64,000 bases of DNA. Origin: a virus. The stretch is taken from IMG/VR virus record IMGVR_UViG_3300027804_000047, positions 53,626-117,625 of that record. The stretch is one strand, 5' to 3'. Both the position numbers and the translations under genes were made by a program. The notes below the pieces were generated by a model, which saw nothing but the letters and a program-made list of their open reading frames with translations, was not told the DNA's origin and ran no database searches. Shown one piece after another: positions 58,032 to 64,000 of this stretch (within the stretch, counting starts at the first letter, position 1; each line of letters starts with the position of its first letter).

Positions 58032-59240
58032 ATGAAAAAGAAAAGCATTGCAGTCATAGGTGTTGGTAGCGCAGGCATACAAACTCTCGCACAATTTTTA
58101 CCACATTTTCCAGATAATTGGGAGATATACTCCATTCATAATCCAAATACAAAAACACTAGGTATTGGAGAAAGTTCTAATCCATCATTTCTTGGCCCGT
58201 TATCAAAAGGAATGGATTTCGATATAACAAGAGATATAAAAGAGATTGACGGGTCATTAAAATTTGGTACAGAGTATATTGGATGGAGAGAGCACGACTT
58301 TAGGAATCCATTTTTAGAAGGTTCAATTGCAATACACTTTAGCGCAACAAAGTTAAAAGATTTTGCAATTAATAGATTTAAAAAATTATGGGGAAATAAA
58401 TTTATTGAGATTTTAGGAAATGTAGAGTTATTAGAAAATCATAGGGACTATGTAAGAGCAATAGTTGATGGTAAAGAATATACTTTTGATTATGTAGTAG
58501 ACTGTTCTGGTTTTCCAAAAGATTTTTCAAACTACATAATTGCTGATAACATGCCAATAAACCATGGAATTGTTTTTAATAATACTAAAAAAGAAAATGA
58601 TCCATTTGGTCCACATTATACAAAGCATATAGTCAGTAAAAATGGTTGGATCTTTGAAATACCATTAACAACTAGAACAAGTTATGGATATTTGTTTAAT
58701 GATCATGTAACATCAGTTGAAGATGCAAAAGATGATTTTTGTAATTTTTTAAATATTAAAAAAGAAGAACTTGGCAGTTTAGAATATAAGTTTAATCCAT
58801 ATTATGCTAAAAATTTTGTAGAAGGAAGAATATTTAAAAATGGAAATCAGGTTGCATTTTTTGAACCGATGTTTGGTAATTCCTTAAGGCTTTATTTTTT
58901 AATTGGGGTTTTGATTCAAGACCTTATCACTAATCAAAAAACAATAGAAGAGGTAGAAAGACAATATGTGGAATGGACAACCGATATTGAATATCTTATC
59001 AATTATCATTACTTAGGTGGATCAACCATAGAGAGTGATTTTTGGAAAATGTCTAAATATATGTCTGATAAAAAAATAAAAAATTATCCAAAAATGGAAG
59101 TATTATCTATATTACTAAAGCAACAAAGGAATAGAAATCAACTTCTTTCAGAGCCACAATGGTTTTTTAATCCACAAAGTTTAATGTGTCTTAATGATAA
59201 CTTTGGATATACTTACTTTAGTAATGAGGAGAAAATATGA
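58032..59240 (+). CDS. Second flavin-dependent halogenase-family protein (shorter)
   Basis: GVGSAG, GIGES, LKFG, IHF, DCSGF, GWIFEIP, FFEP. Confidence 0.78.
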   Translation: MKKKSIAVIGVGSAGIQTLAQFLPHFPDNWEIYSIHNPNTKTLGIGESSNPSFLGPLSKGMDFDITRDIKEIDGSLKFGTEYIGWREHDFRNPFLEGSIAIHFSATKLKDFAINRFKKLWGNKFIEILGNVELLENHRDYVRAIVDGKEYTFDYVVDCSGFPKDFSNYIIADNMPINHGIVFNNTKKENDPFGPHYTKHIVSKNGWIFEIPLTTRTSYGYLFNDHVTSVEDAKDDFCNFLNIKKEELGSLEYKFNPYYAKNFVEGRIFKNGNQVAFFEPMFGNSLRLYFLIGVLIQDLITNQKTIEEVERQYVEWTTDIEYLINYHYLGGSTIESDFWKMSKYMSDKKIKNYPKMEVLSILLKQQRNRNQLLSEPQWFFNPQSLMCLNDNFGYTYFSNEEKI

Positions 59241-59395
59241 AAGAAATAATATTATCAATTATAACTGGATTTGGATGTGGCGTAATATTTGCTGCATTTA
59301 AGTTGCCTGTTCCAGCCCCTCCAGTGTTTGCTGGAGTTGCTGGTATAATTGGATTATGGCTAGGTTACGATGCCATAACTAGATTCATATCCTAG
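59237..59395 (+). CDS. XapX/DUF1427-like small membrane protein (52 aa, not in ORF track)
   Basis: G.IFA..KLPVPAPP..AG..GI.G..LGY. Confidence 0.8.
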   Translation: MKEIILSIITGFGCGVIFAAFKLPVPAPPVFAGVAGIIGLWLGYDAITRFIS

Positions 59396-59405
59396 GAGGA
59401 ATAAA

Positions 59406-59672
59406 ATGAATGAACAAATGAAGGCTATGCTTGCATCATACGGACGATCAGTTCTCGGTGCTGCACTTGCACTATACATGTCTGGAGTTACAGATCCAGC
59501 AACACTTGCATATTCGTTATTGGCTGCAATTGCACCAGTGGCATTGAGAGCAATCAATCCTAACGACACAGCATTTGGAAGAATGCCTGCGCTATCAGCA
59601 TTACAAGATGCTCTTGCAAAGGTAGAAGTAAAGGCTCCTGCAAAAAAGAAGGCTCCTGCAAAAAAGAAGTAA
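59406..59672 (+). CDS. Two-TM holin-like protein with KAPAKK tail
   Basis: SYGRS...TM...R..NP.D..FG; strong AGGAGG RBS. Confidence 0.55.
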   Translation: MNEQMKAMLASYGRSVLGAALALYMSGVTDPATLAYSLLAAIAPVALRAINPNDTAFGRMPALSALQDALAKVEVKAPAKKKAPAKKK

Positions 59673-59679
59673 TTAATAG

Positions 59680-59708
59680 AATACTAGGGACTAACAATCC
59701 CTAGTATT
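59680..59708. terminator. Hairpin between convergent genes (possibly bidirectional terminator)
   Basis: AATACTAGGGA CTAACAA TCCCTAGTATT. Confidence 0.7.
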
Positions 59709-60468
59709 TTAAAATAAAACTATTTTCTTTTGTGCAGTTTTGTTTTTTAGTTTCAAAATAATCTTTCATTATTTTTAAATCATCTAAATTTAATCTGTCT
59801 ATTTGTTGCTGATTCATATTAATAATCGGAGACTTATATTTTCTTTTAATATTATATTCTTTTTCTATTTTTAAATATTCTAAATCTGGAATAAAGTTTA
59901 AAATTTTATCAATATAATCTTTAGGGTTTTCTGTAAAATCTTCATAAGAAAAATGAATAGTATTATTAGGATGGTCCTGAACAATTTCATCGCATATTTC
60001 CAATACACGAGTAGAGTGATGGATTGCTTCTAAAGGTGTTATTACTTCTCCCGATTTTTCTTTTACAACTCTGATCATTCCTTCTGCAACAGCAAAAGGA
60101 TTTCTATGCATAACTATATATTTATAGTTTGGAAAAACTTGTGGATACAATTTATGTGCACAAATTAATGGGGGGCTTTTTTCAATCTTTATTGGCCTAT
60201 CCCAAAACTTATTCCATTCTCTATCCCAAACATCCTTTACTTCTGCAAGTCTATCTATCGAAAAATTTCTTAATTCATTTTCTATAGAAGAAAACATAAA
60301 GGCCTTCTTAGGACTAACATTGTCTACTGGAGGCTTTCCAAAATCTTTAAAAAATAAACCTTCAAATCCAGGCAATGCTGCTGCTTTTGGAGAAGACAAT
60401 AAAACTTGTGCCAATAAGTGACTTCCACTATTATTTGGGGTCATTATAAAAACATATTGATTTTCCAT
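59701..60468 (-). CDS. Sulfotransferase (P-loop, PAPS-dependent)
   Basis: 5'-PSB-like TPNNSGSHLL, EKSP, 3'-PB-like RNP..V, YED...P; start at ATG 60468. Confidence 0.75.
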   Translation of the reverse strand: MENQYVFIMTPNNSGSHLLAQVLLSSPKAAALPGFEGLFFKDFGKPPVDNVSPKKAFMFSSIENELRNFSIDRLAEVKDVWDREWNKFWDRPIKIEKSPPLICAHKLYPQVFPNYKYIVMHRNPFAVAEGMIRVVKEKSGEVITPLEAIHHSTRVLEICDEIVQDHPNNTIHFSYEDFTENPKDYIDKILNFIPDLEYLKIEKEYNIKRKYKSPIINMNQQQIDRLNLDDLKIMKDYFETKKQNCTKENSFILKY

Positions 60469-60504
60469 ATATAATAATTTTACCATATATGGTATACTTA
60501 AAAT
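60469..60504. promoter_or_regulatory. Back-to-back extended -10 promoters sharing palindrome TACCATATATGGTA
   Basis: Plus strand TGGTATACT, 6 nt, ATG; minus strand TGGTAAAAT, 8 nt, ATG. Confidence 0.65.
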
Positions 60505-61065
60505 ATGATTATTGATGATAATTTTCTTGATCAAGAAGAAATAAAAAGTTTACAAGACATAATGTATGCAGACCCAAACTCAAGGTTTCCATGGTATTAT
60601 GATTCAGTAAAAGATTTATCAAATATGCCACAGTTTATTCATATGGGTTTTGAAAATGAAAGAGAAATATCACCATTTGCACAAGAAGGTAAAAAAATAT
60701 TAGAAAAATTTTGCAACAAAAATAATATAGAAATATTTAAAATTATAAACATACAGGCAAATTTATTTATGAAAGATAATCAATTTGAAGGATATAAAGT
60801 ATCCAATACTAATATAAAAGAACCACACCTTGTTTTTTTATATTATGTAAATGATTCTGATGGAGATATTGTATTTTTTAATCAAAGGTATTCGGAGTGG
60901 AATAAATTAGATTTTGATAAACTACATACTGCTGGAAAAGTATCTCCAGTATCTGGAAGAGCCGTTGTATTTGATGGATTACAAAAGTATGGCGAGTTAT
61001 GCCCAACTGATAATAATTTTAAATGTGTTATTAGTATAAGTTTTGACGGCAAAATACCACTATGA
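60505..61065 (+). CDS. 2OG-Fe(II) oxygenase-like protein, metal ligands apparently lost
   Basis: IIDDNFL, FPWYY, LYYVNDSDGD, P..GRAV.FDG; no HxD or distal His seen. Confidence 0.65.
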   Translation: MIIDDNFLDQEEIKSLQDIMYADPNSRFPWYYDSVKDLSNMPQFIHMGFENEREISPFAQEGKKILEKFCNKNNIEIFKIINIQANLFMKDNQFEGYKVSNTNIKEPHLVFLYYVNDSDGDIVFFNQRYSEWNKLDFDKLHTAGKVSPVSGRAVVFDGLQKYGELCPTDNNFKCVISISFDGKIPL

Positions 61066-61076
61066 TATAATATATA

Positions 61077-61131
61077 TGTACCTGCCCAAAGGGGGGTATA
61101 AAACGAACTCGCTTAACAAGGAGGAAAAATG
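61077..61131 (+). promoter_or_regulatory. ROSE-like RNA thermometer in hsp20 5' UTR
   Basis: 5' hairpin plus CUCGCUU-AAC-AAGGAG stem; UCGCU pairs with the SD leaving a bulged G. Confidence 0.6.
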
Positions 61132-61548
61132 GTAAGTTCATTTGGCATGGATCTTTTTAGAGATCCATTTTTTATTGGTTTCAACAGAGAGTTGGACCGT
61201 CTTTCAAATATTCATCGTGAGGCTACTCGTCAATCATTTCCACCATACGATTTGGTGAAATTAGATGAGGACACTTACAAACTATCTTTGGCTATTGCTG
61301 GATTCAGCAAGAATGAAGTAGAGGTTTCTATGGATAATGGAAGCCTAACTATCAAGGGTGAGAAAACCGAAGATGCTTCTACTGAAGTATTGCATAAGGG
61401 TATCGCAACTCGCAAATTCACACGCACCTTTGCTCTTGGAGAGTATATGGAGGTTGATCGTGCTGAAATGGCAGACGGTATTCTTAGCGTCTTTGTGGAA
61501 AGAAACATCCCAGAAGAAAAGAAACCAAAAACAATCAAAATAAAATAA
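61129..61548 (+). CDS. Small heat-shock protein Hsp20 (IbpA-like)
   Basis: FPPYD, LAIAGF, LHKGIA.RKF.R.F.L, DGIL, IPEEKKP..I.I. Confidence 0.95.
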   Translation: MVSSFGMDLFRDPFFIGFNRELDRLSNIHREATRQSFPPYDLVKLDEDTYKLSLAIAGFSKNEVEVSMDNGSLTIKGEKTEDASTEVLHKGIATRKFTRTFALGEYMEVDRAEMADGILSVFVERNIPEEKKPKTIKIK

Positions 61549-61565
61549 ACTGATATGATATAGTC

Positions 61566-61648
61566 AGGTCCCCTGCAGGACCTTAGGATGCTTAGTTACC
61601 ATCTTATTTAATCTGGGCCATCGTGCTTGAATATCCTGCGGGGGATTT
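61566..61648 (+). ncRNA. Unassigned structured small RNA (~83 nt, three-way junction)
   Basis: Closing stem 61569-61580/61634-61645 with two internal hairpins; TGATATGAT promoter ends 6 nt before the 5' end. Confidence 0.6.
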
Positions 61649-61676
61649 ATAATTTACCTGTATAATAATCTCATCT

Positions 61677-61949
61677 ATGACTGACAAAGAACTTCATAGG
61701 CAAAAACAGACTTATAAACAAAGACTGGTAGAAATGAAAGAGGCCAGTGGGTGTAAGGACTGCGGAGAAAATAATCCAATAGTTTTAGATTTTGATCATA
61801 TTAAAGACAAAAAATATAATATTTCAAGAATGGTTCATGATGGTTTTTCTTGGAGTTCAATTAAACGTGAAATATCAAAATGTGAGATAGTGTGTGCTAA
61901 TTGTCATAGAATAAGAACTCATAATAGATTAATATCACAAACTAATTAG
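61677..61949 (+). CDS. HNH endonuclease
   Basis: CKDC, LDFDH, EI.KC..VCANCHR. Confidence 0.88.
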   Translation: MTDKELHRQKQTYKQRLVEMKEASGCKDCGENNPIVLDFDHIKDKKYNISRMVHDGFSWSSIKREISKCEIVCANCHRIRTHNRLISQTN

Positions 61950-61953
61950 TTAA

Positions 61954-62097
61954 CTACATATTCTTTTTTATTTTTGATATTAATTCATCCAACAAAGCAT
62001 CTGTATTTATATTTGTATTTTGTGTATATTTTTCTACAACTGCCTTTAGTTCAGGCCTCATGGTTACAAACATAGATTCTAATCCAAAAAGATTCAT
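61954..62097 (-). CDS. Small hypothetical protein (47 aa, not in ORF track)
   Basis: Leaderless TGGTAGAAT, 6 nt, ATG on minus strand. Confidence 0.55.
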   Translation of the reverse strand: MNLFGLESMFVTMRPELKAVVEKYTQNTNINTDALLDELISKIKKNM

Positions 62098-62135
62098 AAA
62101 TCCATTCTACCACAATTAATGGTATACTATACTTT

Positions 62136-62879
62136 ATGCCATATCGTATAGGTGCTAAGGGATCATCAGGTTGCTCTGGATACCCTGCCGTAAAAGACAC
62201 AGGAGAGGTTATGGGATGCCATAAGACTCGTCGTGAGGCTGCAGCACAGATCTACGCTATAAACCGCTCTGAGGGCAATATAGGCAAGGCTATGGTCAAA
62301 GAGGGCGACATGGTTATGGCCCCACACGAAGAAGAAATGTATGTTGGTCGTGTAGTTCATGTAATGACAGAGGGCATGCTTGGTATGCCAGGATCAGAAT
62401 ATTCCCTTGAAGCATCTGCAGAAGAGCCTGCTATTTTAATTCAATTATTTGAAATGGAAGAGGGCGAACTTGAAGAAACAGAATATTTTGTTGGGGCAAT
62501 GGCTAAAGATGTAATGGTTTTACCTGAGATGGCAAATGATGAAGAGATGGATAAGTCTATGTCTTCAGGATCTTCTGACGATGAAGAAGATGACGAAGAA
62601 GATGAAATAGACAAAGCATATGCAGGATGTGGATGTCCAATGTGCAAACAATTAGATGTAACCTGCGAACAATGTCCACAATGTCAATCTGGGGAAATGA
62701 AATCAGATTGTTGTTCTAATGTAGTTAAGCAAGCACCATGTTGGGATGGCTATGTACAAAGAGGAATGAAAGAACAAAATGGTAAAATGGTTCCAAACTG
62801 TATACCTGTAGAAAAGATTTTGTTTGAAGGTTTTGCAAAAGATTACACAAAAGTTCAAAGAGAAAGATACACAATATAA
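62136..62879 (+). CDS. Modular hypothetical protein, possible head-internal polyprotein
   Basis: GCH.TR.EA..Q..A, acidic linker, Cys cluster, PCW.GY...G.K...GK.VPNC modules. Confidence 0.6.
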   Translation: MPYRIGAKGSSGCSGYPAVKDTGEVMGCHKTRREAAAQIYAINRSEGNIGKAMVKEGDMVMAPHEEEMYVGRVVHVMTEGMLGMPGSEYSLEASAEEPAILIQLFEMEEGELEETEYFVGAMAKDVMVLPEMANDEEMDKSMSSGSSDDEEDDEEDEIDKAYAGCGCPMCKQLDVTCEQCPQCQSGEMKSDCCSNVVKQAPCWDGYVQRGMKEQNGKMVPNCIPVEKILFEGFAKDYTKVQRERYTI

Positions 62880-63037
62880 TGTCTGCAAAAAAGTCATCTG
62901 GTAAGTATAGATCCAAACATCCGTTTAATCCAATTCAAATTAAGGATGGAATGGTTGTTCGCCTAAGAAAAGACGGTACAGTTAAAGCAGTTCTTGGTAA
63001 GTATGGCGAATACAGTAAAAAAGATAAATCTAATTAG
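62879..63037 (+). CDS. Small basic protein (52 aa, not in ORF track)
   Basis: TAATG coupling; FNP.QIK.G.VVRLRKDG.VK..LG. Confidence 0.6.
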   Translation: MSAKKSSGKYRSKHPFNPIQIKDGMVVRLRKDGTVKAVLGKYGEYSKKDKSN

Positions 63038-63185
63038 GTAAATACTTTTTTATAAGTTCTATTATTTCTATAGTGTATTTATCATAATCTATTTCAATAA
63101 TAAGATTACCATCAACAAGTTTATGTATCTGAATATCTTTTCCTATTTCAAATAATATATCTTTTATTTCTTTTTCGATATTCAT
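63030..63185 (-). CDS. Small hypothetical protein (51 aa, not in ORF track)
   Basis: Leaderless TGCTATAAT, 6 nt, ATG on minus strand. Confidence 0.55.
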   Translation of the reverse strand: MNIEKEIKDILFEIGKDIQIHKLVDGNLIIEIDYDKYTIEIIELIKKYLPN

Positions 63186-63198
63186 AAAAGTATTATAG

Positions 63199-63270
63199 CA
63201 CCCCTGATAGGATTCGAACCTACGACAAACGGATTAGAAGTCCGCTACTCTTCCACTGAGTTACAGAGGT
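63199..63270 (-). tRNA. tRNA-Arg(TCT)
   Basis: Reverse complement: acceptor ACCTCTG/CAGGGGT; GCGGA-CTTCTAA-TCCGT; T-loop TTCGAAT. Confidence 0.92.
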
Positions 63271-63273
63271 ATG

Positions 63274-63477
63274 TTACTTGCGTCCCCACTGTATATAGTT
63301 CCATCCACGCTCATGTGCGTAGTAGATAAATACTTTAACTACCGTTTCCCAAAAGGCAATAGCACCTGATAGACTGGCACTTTTTGTTATAACATACGCA
63401 ACAACAAATGAGGAAAGAGTTCCCCATATGCGATAACTTAATGCCTTTGCAAAAGACCTGGCCTTAGTTACTGTCAT
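63274..63477 (-). CDS. DUF2061-like small membrane protein (second copy)
   Basis: RS..KA.SYR..GT...YY.HER.W..I.WG. Confidence 0.8.
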   Translation of the reverse strand: MTVTKARSFAKALSYRIWGTLSSFVVAYVITKSASLSGAIAFWETVVKVFIYYAHERGWNYIQWGRK

Positions 63478-63542
63478 CTTTATCCTCAGCAAAAAGTCTT
63501 TCTTCTGCCTCGTTCATTGCCTTGCCAGCATTTTCCATTTGT

Positions 63543-64000
63543 TTAAAGACCCATTTGCTTGCGTTTTTCAGTAGCCGAAATAGCATGAATGTCTGCCCCC
63601 AAATCTACTTGTTCAATTTTATATCCTACATCTCTACCGTATACAATGTTGGTAATGTTAGGTAGTCTTAGTACTAATGCACCATCCATAAACTCATCCT
63701 TGGCAATATATTCTTTTACCTGATCAAACTTAAGGGGATCCTTTTCGCTTGTGTTGTAGGTATTACGGACTCCAAGAAGTACTTGGTCAGTTCTCTTACC
63801 AGCCTCCTTGTAAAGGGCGTGGTGGCCCTCGTGCCATGGCTGGTACCTACCCAGCATAAGAGTTGTCGGTGCAGACCAATCATGCAGATTAAATTGTTTA
63901 ATTATTTCTGTTGCCTTTTCGTTTGCATCCCATTCATGACTAATAAATGCCATATCAAAATTAGATGGTACCTCAAACATTTTATTGGTATCTTCAAATC
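63543..64000 (-). CDS. C-terminal part of probable APS kinase / nucleotidyltransferase fusion (5' truncated)
   Basis: FEDTNKMFEVP..FD resembles an APS-kinase C-terminus; then MLGRYQPWHEGH (HxGH) and ISATEKR of nucleotidyltransferases. Confidence 0.7.
   Translation of the reverse strand, partial: FEDTNKMFEVPSNFDMAFISHEWDANEKATEIIKQFNLHDWSAPTTLMLGRYQPWHEGHHALYKEAGKRTDQVLLGVRNTYNTSEKDPLKFDQVKEYIAKDEFMDGALVLRLPNITNIVYGRDVGYKIEQVDLGADIHAISATEKRKQMGL

Noticed and set aside
60469-60534. ORF-track N-terminal extension of the sulfotransferase
   Set aside because: It overlaps the divergent promoters and the opposite gene; ATG 60468 fits better
61677-61949. HNH gene as part of a group I intron
   Set aside because: It interrupts no gene and the adjacent structured element is far too short for a group I core
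63474-63538. Tiny minus-strand ORF of about 20 aa between the nucleotidyltransferase and DUF2061 genes
   Set aside because: Fills the gap and may be real, but too short to support from sequence alone
1-64000. Prophage state, alternative genetic code, or diversity-generating retroelement
   Set aside because: No integrase, host flanks or reverse transcriptase seen; genes tile densely with all three standard stops and there is no suppressor tRNA

Overview
This window is 64 kb of a large, AT-rich tailed dsDNA phage genome of siphovirus type. It begins inside the portal gene and ends inside a probable APS-kinase/nucleotidyltransferase fusion gene. The host is most likely an Actinobacterium: the phage carries WhiB, an actinobacterial-type 7Fe ferredoxin, an MSMEG_6728-like glycosylase and many leaderless extended -10 promoters. 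A low-GC aquatic actinobacterium is plausible but is inference. Gene order: head genes, tail genes including a 3207-aa tape measure, a replication/recombination block (DnaB, DnaG, SSB, DnaE, RecA, Cas4-like nuclease, two resolvases), a displaced terminase, exported/surface proteins, a lysis cassette, four tRNAs, and an accessory region (carbamoyltransferase, glycosyltransferase, sulfotransferase, halogenase, 2OG-Fe(II) oxygenases, Hsp20, a fifth tRNA). Most notable observations: (1) a HipA/PI3K-like kinase domain and a second unknown domain inserted in the tape measure between two hydrophobic segments; (2) tail chaperones G and GT apparently encoded as duplicated genes rather than by a frameshift; (3) a phased cluster of four DnaA boxes between portal and protease; (4) an unassigned ~83-nt structured RNA with its own promoter; (5) a PA14 surface protein that appears to need an ATT start; (6) a ROSE-like thermometer upstream of hsp20; (7) a dispersed sulfation/carbamoylation/glycosylation toolkit. 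All functional calls come from motif recognition by eye; no database searches were run.
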